A stretch of DNA of 64,000 nt from Octopus vulgaris (GCA_951406725.2 OX597820.1:126170001-126234000), one strand, 5' to 3'. Numbered from the stretch's first letter, positions 1 through 15,883 are shown. Made by a program: numbers and translations. The notes: generated by a model not told the origin, from the sequence alone.

Positions 1-237
1 AATAATAAAATAATTTCTTCCGTTTCATTCCATTCCAACGAGTATAGATTTTTCAGAAATTATATTCTCTTCAACAGTTCCAGACCGACAACAGCTGAGA
101 GCATTAGTACTGTATTATTTAGGAACATGAGTACCTTCTGTATGAATGCGCATGTACACACACACATGCACGCACACACGCACACGCACACACATACACC
201 TACTTCTGTTTGTTTGAAGTGTGCATGCATGTATATC

Positions 238-642
<405 letters not shown>

Positions 643-850
643 ATGCATAATGTATGCGTAATATTTGCGTGCATTTATTGTAGTATATCTGAAAAATCCT
701 TAAGCAAATATCCAAGCATTTCAGCGGATAATTCTCTGTGTTAGCACACCAGCTGATAGGAAAAACAGCAAGTTATGTGCTGTACTGTACTGTAAGATAT
801 TACATATATATGCAAATGTGTGTGTGTAGGTATGTATGTATGTATATGTA

Positions 851-912
<62 letters not shown>

Positions 913-939
913 TATATATACATATATGTATATATATAC

Positions 940-989
<50 letters not shown>

Positions 990-1149
990 CCATGTATGCA
1001 TGCATGTATGTATGTATGTATGTATGTATACAGGATGCGTAATATATTTGAGGACAGATTTATGGTTGTAAAAAACAAATATATAATAACAGATAATAAA
1101 TTTATCTCTCAAAACATACTAAACGGATAAAAATAAACCTTCTTTTCTA

Positions 1150-2130
1150 TAATTTTATTCAATAAAGCCACCTTCAGCTTCAACGGCTGCTTCGGTATAA
1201 TATCCAAATCATCTACATGCTCAGATCACGTGGTCCTGATTCACTTTAGACATTACTATGGCAGCTCTCAAAGAATCTTTAGTGTTATGGCGTGTTCATT
1301 GACCTCTCTCTCATTAGGAGCCAAATGTTAGGGGTTATGTGATCATGAAAATGTTCAGCCATCCATTCCTGTGTTACTAAAGCCATGTGTTATAGTGCAG
1401 AGTCTCACTGAAACACATATGACTTTCCATTGCATACACTGTCTATCCAGGGTTTAACAATTATTTACAGGACCTCAGTGTAGGCAGCAGAGTAAATTCC
1501 AAGGTCTTGTGGAAAGAAGTAAGCACGCATCACATGTCCTTCATTCCTGACAACCCCTAAAACCATGACAGTTGCAGGAAATTTTGTATGCATAACACTT
1601 GGAACTTCAGAAGGGTTTGCACATAACCATTTGTCATTTCCTCTGTTAACTTTTTGATCTTGGTCGAAGTTTTTCTCGTTTGAGGAAATCCAAATCAAAT
1701 CTTCTGCTGGGTTTTTCAGTTGGTTTAAAAGCCTTTTAGATTTGATGTAGTGATTTTCTTTTACTTTTTCTGACACATTGCCATTTCCTCATCTTATAAG
1801 ACTTATATCTGATGTATTATTGGACATTTCTGACTGTTCCTTCTGACACACGGAGATTTTTTGCAATTGACCTCACGAACTTCCTGGGTTTGTAATCAAT
1901 GGTCTGTTGAAGTTGCTGGATGAATTCAGGTGTTCTGATGATTTCAGAGTGTCTGGAATGCTTTTTATACTTTGATACTGGTGATACATTTCCATCTTCA
2001 GTTTCTAGCTCCATACAAAACTTTGTAGACGAAAGATCTGGCAACTTTTAAAAATCAAGATATTTCTAAATCGCTTTGCTCAACCTTTATAACCACAACA
2101 ACAACATGCCGCTTGATTTCTTGAATAAGT
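1150..2130 (-). mobile_element. Degenerate Tc1/mariner-superfamily transposase (maT/DD37D-like)
   Basis: ORF 1465-1776 reads SNEKNFDQDQKVNRGNDKWLCANPSEVPSVMHTKFPATVMVLGVV (first catalytic Asp region, D>N). ORF 1817-2044 reads IRTPEFIQQLQQTIDYKPRKFVRSIAKNLRVSEGTVR (HTH). Broken by frameshifts. Confidence 0.8.
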
Positions 2131-2161
2131 TGTCCTCATATACCTGTTACGCATCTTGTGT

Positions 2162-2197
<36 letters not shown>

Positions 2198-2237
2198 ACA
2201 TACATAATACATACATATCTATCTACACATACAAATA

Positions 2238-2313
<76 letters not shown>

Positions 2314-2315
<2 letters not shown>

Positions 2316-2990
2316 CGAGTGTCAGTAAAATATTATACGCACTCTTGTTTCTGTAGTTTATTAACGTAAAGCTGGAGTTGAAGAAGTCCATCATTTTCCA
2401 ACATTTACACCGCTTCCTGCGCTTCTTTGTCCAAAGCAAATCGACGACCTCGTATAGGAGGTTTGAGCGATCCAAAGAGGTAATAGTCTAAATGTAAGAT
2501 ATCTAGTCAGTATGCAGGGTGTTCCAGCAACTCGAAGCTCAATGTTTCAATGGTTTCAACGCTGTGGACGGCTTTTATGTGGGCGTACGTTTTCGTGCAA
2601 CAATAATACTAGCTTTGGCATTAGATTTCAGCATTGGCTGTGAATTGCTGGTTTCAGTTTGTTGTCCAGCATTTCATTTTTGCTTACATCCGGTTTCTAT
2701 AGACCCCTTTTCCATGCAATGTTCCAGTATAGGCCATTTTGCGTATTAAAACACAGTTAGCATTGCTTTTTCTGCGAAAGGTTGAGGCTTTAATTCTTTT
2801 CAGCTTGCCATCCCGGACGTTTCTACTCCATACTCTGCCTTCTGGATTCTGGCTCAAAGTGATGAACCCAGATTTCCTTTGCTGTGATTATTCTCTCGAA
2901 AAAAGTTTCGCCCTCATCGTTGCGGCTGTCCAATAAGCGTTGACAGATCACCACGTGATTGTACTTATGCGCTTCGGTAAACTCTTCGGT
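2314..2990 (-). mobile_element. Degenerate mariner (DD34D) transposon fragment
   Basis: Minus-strand translation gives EIWVHHFEPESRRQSME (DETWVHH motif, ~2825-2878) and [22 protein letters not shown] (HPPYSPDLAP-like, ~2465-2533). TACGAG terminus next to (TA)n. Confidence 0.75.
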
Positions 2991-3221
2991 AAATTCTTCC
3001 GAAAGTTAAGACGATGTTAATTGAAAATATATCGCTAGATGTTAAAAATATAACTTAAATATACAGTTTTCTTCACAGACGACTAATTTTCAAGAGAATT
3101 GCAATCCCATGGAATATTTGCCAGACAAAGTGAAGAAACAGACATACATTTGTAATGTCTGAAATTATACCAAACATCTCAGTCCAACATAACCGGAAAT
3201 ATATGTGTGTGTGTGTGGATG

Positions 3222-3260
<39 letters not shown>

Positions 3261-3662
3261 CTATATATGTGTATGCGTACGTATATACATACATGCATCC
3301 GTACATACATGCATACATACAATATATAGATATATATCTGTTTATGTATTTATACATAATGTATGTATGCATGCATGAATATGTTGATGCGAAATTATTA
3401 GCGCCAGGGAAACGAACATTCTCCTCCCCATATATACACGCATGTATGTGTGTACACACACACACTCACACACATGCATAAACATACACATACAAATATG
3501 CATATATATATATATTTATATATATACTTATACATATATATTCACGCATATATAAATATAAATATACATACATATGTGCATACACACACTCCCGCGCACA
3601 CATACACACACTCTCATACACAAACACACACATATATGTGTATATATATATATACATATATT

Positions 3663-3746
<84 letters not shown>

Positions 3747-4475
3747 CATATATATATATATATATTGATCGTTAGAGTGACAGATAGATTGAAATGTTAT
3801 GTAAAATACGATATTAATTTCTGCTGATTAAAAATTGATTTTTATTAAAAATGTCTACACATGTCAAATATGATGAGTTCAATTACTGATATTATTCACT
3901 GGAAATAACACAAACAGACATATTTAATTAATTTACTTTTCCATGAATTTCAATAAATCTTAAATGAATGAAAATAATTATGCAACTGTAAATATAACTA
4001 TTTGAACTTATGTTATTAAATTTTGGAATAAGTTGTCGGGTGGGCGATTACGATGTTTCTCTGTTTACATGAATTTTAAAAGGTCAGTGCTACCATTCTT
4101 GCAGTGTTGTGGTCTTAGCTTAAATGTTAAGTTAGATTTGACTTAATTTTTGTAAGTATGGGGGGAAAAAATACAAGTAGTCATGTGAGCTGCAACGGCA
4201 TTATTACATTAAGTAAGGTAATGTTATCATGTAAGCAAATCGGATTTCAATCACTTTTATATTTCTATCTTAATGCTTTTATTTATTTCAGTCATTGGGT
4301 TTTGGCGATACTGGGGGCCAAAGGGTCTAGTCGAATAGATTGACCCTATTGTTTATTTGGTTTCTAAGGCTGAAACATTTTCTCTAGAACTGCTTTTGCT
4401 AAACCGCTAAGTTACGGGGACTACACAAAACAACGATGTCGGGGGACAAAAACAAACGTAACATACACACACATA

Positions 4476-4507
<32 letters not shown>

Positions 4508-4571
4508 GGTGGGGGTGAGTGTGTGTGCGTCAGTGGGTATATATGAATATGTATATACATATATATGTATT

Positions 4572-4606
<35 letters not shown>

Positions 4607-4607
4607 G

Positions 4608-4659
<52 letters not shown>

Positions 4660-4728
4660 TATATGTATACACATATATACATATATTGTGTGTGCGAGTG
4701 CGTATCTGCATGTATATATTCATCTTTA

Positions 4729-5120
4729 GAGGCGCAGAAATGGTTGTGTGGTAAGTTGCTTGCTTACCAACTACATGGTTCTTGGTTAAGTCCCACTGCG
4801 TGGCACCTTGGACAAGTGCCTTCTACTATAGCCTCGGGCCGACCAAAGCCTTGTGAGTGGATTTTGTAGACAGAAACTGAAAGAAGCCCGTCGTATATAT
4901 CTATATATATGTGTGTGTGTGTATTTGCGTGTGTGTGTTTGTCCCCCAACATCGCTTAACAACCGATGATGTTGTGTTTATGTCCCCTAACTTAGCGTTT
5001 CGGCAAAAGAGACCGATAGAATAAGTACTAGGCTTACACAGAATAAGTCCTGGGGTCGATTTGCTCGACTAAAGGCATGGCCGCAGGCATATGACCGAAA
5101 CAAGTAAAAGAGTAAAAGGG
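4729..5120 (+). mobile_element. tRNA-derived SINE (octopus OK/OR-type, family with internal TA/TG microsatellite)
   Basis: A/B-box-like head, body GCCTCGGGCCGACCAAAGCCTTGTGAGTGGAT, tail GAAACAAGTAAAAGAG; similar copies at 18303, 48390, 51980, 58820. Confidence 0.8.
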
Positions 5121-5134
5121 TATATATATTTATT

Positions 5135-5166
<32 letters not shown>

Positions 5167-5337
5167 TGTATGTATGTATGCATATGTGTGAGCGCGCGCG
5201 CGTAATTGTCGAACAATATGAAGGAGTGCTCAACACCACATTGGTGGATAAAATTTCTTATTAAGGCCACCGTTGGTTTCAGGTATTTTTCTTAACATGA
5301 AATCAATGGTAGTCTTAATACACAAATAAAGGATTTA

Positions 5338-5415
<78 letters not shown>

Positions 5416-6306
5416 TATATAATCGTTCAAATTCGGTCGTCCAGATCTACACTGAAAAAAACTTTGGTCGACACAGCGCTATAGACACTTGCCTAATGTG
5501 TCACGCAGTGAAACTGATGGGTATATTTCACCGATATATAACCCTGTCCACTACTACAATGATGGTAGCAGTTACGCCTGCTGTTTTACCATAGTTGTAG
5601 TAGAGGAACAGTGGTCAGTTACCTCTACCTGTAATGTATCTCGGCCGGCAAGCAATATGGTATCCCTTGGAATGTCGCTAACTGTGGAACCACATCGTGT
5701 TGCAAAATTATTCACTCTTTTGTTTATTGTGTTTAGAAGAAAGATCATTTCAGATCTTTTCTGAATAACATCACATTCACTAACTTCCTTCTTATGTTCC
5801 ACAAATTTTGCTTGTTAGTGTAATTGTTTTACAGTAAAATAATGTAGTCCTGGGTGCAGATCGTCCCAGTATGCTTTAAATTTGTCCATATATTCATCAG
5901 CCGGATTTTATTTTGTTCTTTTGTAACAGTTAAATAAATCATTATTCTGTTCATAACTCCTAGAAAATTTTCCTTTGTAGTAACTGTTTCTTCTATAGCT
6001 GCAGCTAGGAATATTTGTTTACCTTTTGCGATGACGTTTTTGTTCTGCTCTTCAGCTGTGTTGATGTCATTGTGGATGTCGTGTCCAGCCGTGTTGTTGG
6101 TTATAACTCTCTGAATGATAAAGTCAAGTTTCAGTTAACAATCTCTACGATCTTGAATAAAAAGCTCCCTCAGTTAATTCATCTGAAGATTAATTAGTTA
6201 TTTAACACAGGCTGATACTTGTGCTTTCAAAATCGGAGACAGAGTTCATCGTATGCTTGGTAAATAGTTTCCCACGCCAAATATGTAATTTGTCGGTTCA
6301 CGTGTG

Positions 6307-6337
<31 letters not shown>

Positions 6338-6653
6338 TGTATGTATGTATGTATGTAGGTATGTATGTGTGTATGTATGTATGTATGTAGGTATGTATGT
6401 GTGTATATATGTACGCATCTAGTTATCTTTTTATCTCTCTATCGATCTATATTATCTATGAATCTATATATACATGTATGCATCTTCACTTGTGTTATAT
6501 ATATATATATAATATATATATATATATGTATGTATGTATATATGTATGTATGTATGTATGTATACTTGTATGTATGTATGTATGTATGTATACTTGTATG
6601 TGCGTATGTTTCTATGTGCATATGTGTGTCTTATATTGAGAAGGTGATATACT

Positions 6654-6857
6654 GGTTTCAAATTTTGTCATAAGGCCAGTAATTTCGGGGCAGGCGGCAT
6701 GTCGATTACAGGGAACCCAGTGCGCAAGTAGTACTTATTTTATCGACCTCGAAAGTATGAAAGGCAAATTCGACCCCACAGAGTTTGAACTCAGAACTTA
6801 AAGACAGACGAAATGCTGCTAAGCTCGGCGTGGTAGCGATTCCTCTAGCTCACCTTC
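6654..6857 (-). mobile_element. CORE-type tRNA-derived SINE
   Basis: Reverse complement matches the TTCTGAGTTCAAA...TTGCCTTTCAT...GGTCGATAAA family seen at 57735-58170. Confidence 0.7.
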
Positions 6858-7952
6858 CAAATTTGGAGCGGAATGCCTAGAAAAGATAAATCACAGGAAG
6901 TTTCACATTCCCTCTCTAAGAAGTAACATATCTACAGGTTCACGAGGAAGTGATTCAACCTGTTAGAAATGGCAGCCAAATTTCTTTTACGTCCCACTTT
7001 ATCATCATATACACGGGAAGGATACATCTAATAATATAATTTCAGATAAATTTTTCTGAAATCATTGTAGGTTGGTCATAGCTGGGTATCTTTTGATAAC
7101 AGATCAAACTCTTTAGGGTTTGATCTATGTGAAAACAACAACAGCAACAGCAACAACAATAATAACCACAACAGCAACAACCACTACTATAACAACGCAC
7201 TCAGTCATTTAGTAAGCAGGTCTTCGCGACGAATCAACGCCCGGTCGACTGAGTCTTCGCTAAATTTGTTAAACATAGCAGCTAGTATCTCCTCCAAATC
7301 ACATCTCATTGTCCGTCATAAGAAAAGACACCTATGATGACGTGTTCCTAGGATTTAATTTATTTGATTATAGAACAGGAAGCGCAAGGAAGGAGCATCT
7401 TCAACAACCGAATAAATTTTCAAGGCGACCCACTTCCCTATAACGGTTGCTGGAATTCAAGGTACGTAACTCCGCCAGACAAGAAAACTGTCACCTCACT
7501 TTTTTCTTTCTGGTTGGTAATTGTCTCCCTTACATTACAACATATTAGGGCTTAGTCCAAATTCGTTCCCTAAAGAATTTAAAAAACTAAACGACATGAT
7601 TATTTGCTAGTTATTCTCTCTTTGGGTGGTGGAACGCTAATCGGAATCAATGATGCTCTGCAAATAATGTCGTTGTTCTTACATCCAATTCTTTCAGAGG
7701 GGATTTCAGTTGAAAAGATGAGCTGGAATTTATACGAAGCCGAGGCGTCATTTACTTCCTTGCTTACGTCTGCACAATTACCTGTGTGAATGTCTGTGTA
7801 AGCTTATGTAAGCGATTACATGTTTGTGTCTCTATTTCTGTGTGTGCGTTTCTGTATAAACAAATATATGTATACACATACATAAACACGCACACACACA
7901 CACATGCACATGTATGTATGTATGTATGGATGTATGTATGTATGTATATATG

Positions 7953-7983
<31 letters not shown>

Positions 7984-8003
7984 TATGTATGTATGTATGT
8001 ATG

Positions 8004-8034
<31 letters not shown>

Positions 8035-8431
8035 GTATGTATGTATGTATGTATGTATGTATGTATGTATGTATGTATGTATGTATATATGCATGTATGC
8101 ATGTATGTATGTATGTATGTATGTATGTATGTATGTATGTATGCGTGTCTGAGTGCTATGTGTGTGTGTGCGCGCGTGTCTGTGTGTTTGTGTGTCTATG
8201 AAATTATATACACTTACACTCAAAGAAACTCATGAATTCGTACAATGATAGATACACATATATGCAAGTGTGTATGTAAAATGGTATGTGCGCATGTGTG
8301 GGTGTCTGCGCATATATCTTTAGATATATATATATATATATATACACGCATGTGTCTATATGCATATATATATATACATGTATATATATGTATATACGTG
8401 TATATATATATATATGTGTGTATATATATAC

Positions 8432-8491
<60 letters not shown>

Positions 8492-9490
8492 GCGTGTATG
8501 TGTATATGGGTGTATATGTGCGTGTGTATATGTGTGTGTGTATGTATCTGTGTGTCTGTGTAGAAATGTATGTGCGTATCACATGAGAGTCTACCGTGCC
8601 TCTTAACTTGTAGCAAAGTGAAGTATATATAAGTTATAATCTCTTCGGTGAGTGATGTGATAAGAAGAGTGAATGACATCAGATACTGTTTGACATTTCA
8701 AACTGAAATTTGCATGTCGTCCATGAGATGTTCGTGACAGCATAACATAGATTTCATTGAGAATGCAAAGATTGGGCAAGTGAGATAAAAGAGACGGACG
8801 ATTAAGAGAGACTGGAAGACAGGGAGAGGGGAGAGAAAGAATAAGAGAGAGCGAGAGAGAAAGAGAGAGTAAGAGAGTGAGAGATAGACAGAAAGAGGAG
8901 GAGGAATGCTGACAGGCAGAGAAATGGACGTAACCTTATACAGGTTATTATTAGCTATACCGGTAGAAATATATCTGTATGTGTATCTATTTATCTATTT
9001 GTATACACACGCACTCACACACACGCACACACACACACACACATACACACACGCACTCACACTCACACTCACAAACACGCACACCTGCGAGCGCACACAC
9101 AGCGATGTAGTTGCTGTTAAGCAACAAGACGGGTAAGGGTGATTAGGTGATGGCCTAGGGCTTAGGAGCGGGAGACCCCAGACCTTGGAAAAAAAACCTT
9201 TGGTCGTCTTGTTGTAGTCGAGGGCTCTTCGTTGACGCCCGACACCACTGGAAGGTGACCCTCGAAGTCGCTGGAAATGGAGATCACTAGTTCCAAATTC
9301 TTGAACGGCCACAGCGATGTATATACGAGGGGTGCTGAAAAGTTCTTGCCTGTAAGGGTATCATGAAAGGCCTAATTGGAGCCCCAACCTTCTGAGTTCT
9401 TTTAGAGAGCTTAGAAAAATGAAGGGACCGCTGCAATAAGTGTGGGATGGATCATATCTGAAAACAGCATACTTCTCATATATTCATGCA

Positions 9491-9521
<31 letters not shown>

Positions 9522-9624
9522 GCGTGTGTGTGTATGCATGTGTGTGTGTGTGTGTGTGTTTGCGTGTGCGTGCGTGTTTGACTATGTGCAAGCGGTATAT
9601 CTAAGCTTGTACTTGTGTGTGTAT

Positions 9625-11170
9625 ATCTTAATATATAAAATCCGTTCCGTCTGTCTGTTCGCTTATAACTCGAGTATTGTTCATCCGATCACGCTGAAAT
9701 TTTAAACATGGATATGTGAGAGAGCTGGGCGTTCCGTAATCTAAAAAGATTTTCTAAATCGTTAGTTTCAAAGTGAGAATCGCTACTTTTGTAATCTTGA
9801 ATGTCCTGTTTGTTCCGCCATTAAAACAACCAGTTGCTCAGACAGCCGACATATACCATTTCGCTAGCAACAAGGGGGATACAGGATGACAGTCAGCCAA
9901 AACCTTCGCTATGCTGTCTCTCTCCTTTCCTCTCTCTGTGGGGTTAATAATCTTAATCTTTAGTGGCAGTTTCTCTTTAAAATTACATAATAGGCAGAAT
10001 TTTCGGACTAAAACAGCAGGGTGTTTTGAGGGAGATTTGGCTGCTATTTCTACCAGGTCTAGCTACCATGTAGAGCTCTGCCTCATTGATATCATATATT
10101 CCTTATGCTTTCCAAAACAGAGTTACAGATTTTGACGTAAGAGGTATCAAAAGATTCAGTACTATTTTGGCTACAAATTAAACTTAATTGTCATTCACAT
10201 ATTTGCATTTCAGAAGTTTAACATAATCTTTTCCATAAATCAACTATCGTAAAAATGTTATACTATTACATCACATTTTCTATATGTGTGCGTACCTTAA
10301 AAGACGTCAATCATCCCGACACACACCTTCACTCACTCTATCCCTCTTTCTCACCCTCTTTCTCCCTGTCATACACACGCGCAAGCACGCATGCACGCGC
10401 ACACATTCACACACACACATACACACACACACACACGTCCATTTCATATAGACGTACATACATCTTTCACTTTCTTTCTCTGTTCTTTTCGCTTTATCTT
10501 CTTTCGATTCCTGCTCTCTAGAAATAAAATTTTTACGGATACAACTGCTTACAAAAATAGGGATTAATGTATAATTTCTTTCTATGTTCATAATTTTTTT
10601 GTTTACAATATTGGGGAAAATATGCCACCAAAGAAAATATGTAATCTCTCCAGAAACAAGTATAAAGCAAGGCATATTGTAGAAAACTGAAGGTGAGAGT
10701 CTGAAGAGAGAAGCTACATGAGATGTTCGCAACATAAGCAAATGCATGTTGCATCACTTAATGCTGGATCATTAAATTAATGTTTTAATTATTAGACAGA
10801 GGTCCAATAGTTAAGCTCTCAGAAACAGACGACGTACAAATTCGTTCTTCACAACTCCTGAAGCTCTTTTCAGATATGATCCATCTCATTCTTATAAAAA
10901 TGATAACTCTGTTCAAATTGGTGTGCTAAGCACAAATTGTCATTTCTGTAGAGCTTTAAAAGTTTCAAAGGAAACAAATGGTATGTGCTGCTCAGGCGGT
11001 CAGGTAACATTGCCAGCACTACCAGCTCCTTCTCAACCTCTTATGGATCTACTAGAAGGCATTTCCATCCAGTCACAGGATTTTCAGAACAATATCAGTC
11101 AATACAACTTTGCAAATGACATCGTGAAATTTTGCTACTCTACTAAAAGTTCCTTCCATACACAGTGAAT
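9625..11170 (+). mobile_element. Helitron remnant (5' end plus RepHel N-terminal fragment)
   Basis: 5' end A|TCTTAATATATAAAA...GTCTGTCTG is typical of Helitrons. ORF 10923-11168 CHFCRALKVSKETNGMCCSGGQVTLPALPAPSQPLMDLL...FQNNISQYN matches the RepHel N-terminal CxxC...CC.xGKV.LP motif. Continuity between the two parts is inferred. Confidence 0.7.
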
Positions 11171-11248
11171 AATAAATTTATGAAACACCAGTTGCAATTT
11201 CATGATCAGCGAGGTTTACGAGGAGTACGAAGAGTACGAAGAGTACGA

Positions 11249-11735
11249 TATCTGGACGATATATTCATAAAAAGCGAATCACAGGACAAACACGTAGAGT
11301 ACGTATAATATGAGTTCGAGAAAATTAGGGATACAGCTTTACTGAGAGTGAAGAAAAGTGTAGTTTTTTCTTACCGAAAATAAAATATTTTGAACAAATC
11401 ATTAATAAAAATGGACGTTGATCAGATACGTCGAGGGCAGACGCAATTAAAAGTATGCCCCCTCCGTCAAATATAGCGACCTTACAAGCTTTTTTGGGAC
11501 TGGCAAATTATTACCAAAATTACATTCCAAATATGCATAAGGTAAAGGTTCCACTAAATAATTTGCTAAAGAAAGATGTATAGTGGAATTGCTCTGAAAA
11601 TTGTCAGAAGGCGTTCGACGAAATTAAAAAGATATAAACATCTGATTTGGCCTTAGCACACTTTGATCCGGCAGAGAAGATTGTTGTGCCTTCAGATGCC
11701 TCTGAGTACTGGTCTACTGGTGCTGTCATATCGTT
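11249..11735 (+). mobile_element. Gypsy LTR retrotransposon pol fragment (RT to RNase H start)
   Basis: YLDDIFIKSESQDKH at ~11249; LQAFLGLANYYQNYIPNM...PLNNLLKKDV*WN...AFDEIKK...LAHFDP...VVPSDASEY at 11482-11710, with in-frame stops. Confidence 0.85.
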
Positions 11736-11955
11736 AGATGATGGCAGGGGTTTGCTCCTCTGCTTGCAATATATCCGACACATGTTGTGTCGTTAAACAA
11801 CTAGAGATGTTCTCCTGAGGTTGAAAAATAGTAACGTCGTAACATCGTCCTGTATGGAACGGCCATGTTGAAGTGGCAACAAACATTACTTTTCAGTATA
11901 GTTACAACTTGCATCTCCTATAGGGATTTTAGAACTAGCTTTTTTGCTTGTTGTG

Positions 11956-12005
<50 letters not shown>

Positions 12006-12082
12006 GATACATACATACATACATACATATGTGTGTGTGTGTGTGTGTGAGTGAGAGCGATATATGATATATATAAATATAA

Positions 12083-12203
<121 letters not shown>

Positions 12204-12839
12204 CATACACACAAGATATCTATCTATAATACTTATAAAAAGGAAGTTTGTTGACCTCTAATACTATTAACTCTTGAATAAAATTGTTAATAATTAATAT
12301 AGTGTGTGATCTCAAAACTAGTTTAATTAAAGTTTCAATTTCTACTAGGAGGTGAAGTGCTGGCTTCACAGTTTACGCCAACAGGCACCGGCTCACACAC
12401 GCGCAATTTCCAGTTACAAATTCAACTTATCTGCTGGACAATTCTCAATTGATCTGTTTGAACATTCCTCATGTTGTGTGTGTTACGATTCGAAACAATC
12501 GTATTTTCGTTTTCTGAAGTGAAGTTTGGTGATATATAAAAAGCGTAATTGTTATTTGATCTACTGTTTGAACATTCCTTGTGTTACGTCTGTTATGTCG
12601 AAGTAATCGTGTTTTCTCTTTGTGAAGTGAAGTTTTGTGATATATGTAAAATACATTATTGCTATAGTTGACGGATTTCTATAAAGCTTGGCAGTTGGAT
12701 GAATACGCCACGTGATTGAATTTAGGAACAGCAAAAAATTCATTCAGTATTACAGGATTTATTTTTCACTTTTTAAACATTTTACAATAGAACATTTAAT
12801 ATGGTAAATATCCATGCGAGGTGTATACTACAGTCTACT

Positions 12840-15300
12840 TCTTCAGGCCAAGAATATCTTGATTAAATGAAAGTTTACATTGTCGGTAGGAAGTACATGT
12901 TAGCACATGGAAAATTCAATCAGAATGTGTGGAAAGCACAGTAGGAGAGGAGAATATAAATGTAGAAAGAAATAAGGATTAAGAGAAGGAAGAAATATAT
13001 AAGGGAGTGATGGGAATGAGAAATTGAAGCAAGGTCATTTGACTGTTTGGGTCGAATCACAGAAATGAGCAAGGCGTGTGGTATTTGAAAAAAGATAACG
13101 TGGAGGGAAAATTATTGATGAAGGAGGAGGAAAAAATTGTGCATGAAGGAAGAGAATGAGGAACTTAAGCACGATCATTTGGCTGGTGGTATTCAATAGG
13201 GTTGTTTTGACCGAATCACAGAAAATAACAACGTGAGTGGGTGTGGTATTAGAACAAAAATAATATGGAGAGAAGAGGGTGGAGAAAGGCTTTTAGTCAA
13301 GGGGGAGAAATTATATAGACATGAAGAAAACAAGAAAGAATAGAGAAGAATCATGGCGGCTAATACTGGTTTTCAATTCAGGTATGTATATTGTGTGCAA
13401 TGAGCGTGTTTACAGCATGAAATAGTAGAGGTGTATGTTGGCGTGTGTACCTGTCAGTTTACGAAGGGAGGGAGTAGGAGATGGGCAGGTGAAATAAGAG
13501 GAAAACATTTATTAAATGGTAAGGAAAAATACAGAGAAAATGTAAATGACAATAAGGAATTTAAAGGAGTCTATATTATTGGTTTTATATATAGTTGTAA
13601 TGTGGTTAAATAAGTGGGAAAATTTATGGAGGTTGCGGGGAGTGGCGGGTTGTTGTTATTTGTATTTTGAGAATAGATTTCGTGGTCGATGTTTGCAGGT
13701 AAACATTATAATGCTGCGTTCATTAAGACAATCCGTGGATTGCAAAATAACTAAGGTATCTGTTATGCAGAGATCACACTTGCTATTATAGCTTCTGTAT
13801 GGCTTGGCGTGGACCACTTGAGATTGTAAGGAGTTGAATCAATCTTTAGTTTATTGGTGAGCTGAGATAACTATGTGCTGTTGAATTTTGTTTGTGACTT
13901 GAAATTGGATTAGTGGTTGCTCAGTCTAGCTTTGAAGGTGGTGGTACATGAGCCGATATATATATATAGTTACAGTCAGCAGTTGATATTGTACATTTAT
14001 AAACGATGCTTTTTGTGAGACGGAGGTTATCTAAGGGACAGGCGATTGGGCATCTGAAGCTGCATGGACTTGTAGTGGGTGTTCCGGATGAACTTGTGAG
14101 GTTATTGCTATTTATTGAGGAACCGGTGTTAGGTTCGTTATTATTGCTGGCATTAAGATTAGTATTTGTTAAGGAGTTGAGGCTTGTATAAATGTGGTTG
14201 AATCTAATAATTATTGAACTCGGAGGTGTCTTCTGTGTCATTCTCTATTTTTACAAGTGATATATTTGGGCGTTGTTGTAAATTTAAGGCTCGGGTGTTA
14301 GTAGTGGAATTATAGTCGGAGTTATGAGGGTTAGTGTTGTTAAGGGAGTCAACTGATGTTTTGGGTTTATGTGTATGGAGCTAGGAGTGATGTTGATTTA
14401 ATTTATTAGGGTAGAGGTTATCAGGCTGGGGATTTCTGGTGGCGATAATGGTGGAGGAGTAGGACAATTTTATAGATTGGGAGTTAAATATTTTTCTAAG
14501 GGGGCTAGATTTAGGGAAATGTTTTTCGAGTAGGGTAAAGAAGAGTTTAAGTACTCAAGGGTGAAGGGGTGGAACCAGAAAACGTCCCGGATTCTTGTTC
14601 GTTTATTCCAATTCAGAGTGTTGATTGGGTGGGGATAGGGTTTGGGGGTGTAAAATGGTGTATGTTTCGGTGAGTTGGGATGTATATGAGATTTGGGGTC
14701 ATTTGATAGAAAGGTTTTTTGTTTGGTCGTCTGTTACTCTGAAATTTGGACAGGGATTGGAGGACGGGACAGATTATGCGTTTACTATATGGAGGTGCAG
14801 AACTAGTTTCAATTCTAGGTTTAGTGGAGAAAGGAATATCCCACATGAGGATGTATTCGATTGGGTTTTTATATCCGGCAAGTTGTAGAGCACAATTATA
14901 ATATTCAGCATATTGATCAAATAAATTATTTTCAGCAGATAGTGAGGAAATCCAGTAGGAAACGCTTTCCACAATATATTTAGGACGGAGCTGGGGTGGT
15001 TAGAGAGGAACTTCACGTCGTAGAGGTTTTACCAAGGATTGTGGTGTCGGTAGAAAGTTTGGTTTTGCAAGTCCAGGCTTACGTCCAAGAAATTAGCAGT
15101 TTTAACCTTGTTACAGAAAGAGATGCTAAGGCCGACGTTTATAAAAAATGTTTTAATCTTTATCTAGTCTGTCTGATTTTTCGGTTGCTAGAATTTTGGA
15201 TTGTGAACAGAGAGTCGTCTCTGTATAGGCCACTGAAGATCTACTATCATGACAAAAAGAACCTTGTTACTTGGTTGTTGGCCGTTTTGAATTCTGCGAA
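12840..15300 (-). mobile_element. Degenerate Penelope-like element (RT C-terminal part + GIY-YIG endonuclease + 3' region)
   Basis: GLYRDDSL (~15209-15232), NFLDVSLDL, SNHPSSVLNI (PLE RT thumb), CPLDNLRLTKSIVYKCTISTADCNYIYI (GIY-YIG-like). Confidence 0.8.
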
Positions 15301-15307
15301 CGAAAAC

Positions 15308-15338
<31 letters not shown>

Positions 15339-15818
15339 CATACATACATACATACATACATACATACATGCATGCATACATACGAAGACTACAAACCCAA
15401 GCCATCACTGGAACTACAAATATCTGTAGAACTTTCCAGAAGTCTATGCGCTTGTCTAGACATGCAATTACATGCATGAGAATACTATGCATTGACTCCA
15501 GATATTGCACATATACATACATACATACAAAAATGCCCTGTTCATGCCGTTGAAATTCTAATGAAGGAATCTTGGATCTAGGTTGGAAACCAACTCTTTC
15601 TCTATTGACACAAAATCATGAAATAAAAATGAACAATAACATACACAAAAACCCTCACTTGTTAACAAAGTAACATCTCCCCTTGACTAGACTTGTTTTC
15701 ACATAAGACTGGAAACAAAGGAGACCGCTTGCATGATGATATCACTCGCTCTCAACTAACACGTGATGCCCAGGCAAGAAGACAGTAACAGACACACATA
15801 CATATATCTATCTATCTA

Positions 15819-15883
<65 letters not shown>

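Noticed and set aside
5489-6230. Non-repetitive ORFs of 60-91 aa
   Set aside because: No recognisable motifs or splice structure; probably decayed TE sequence.
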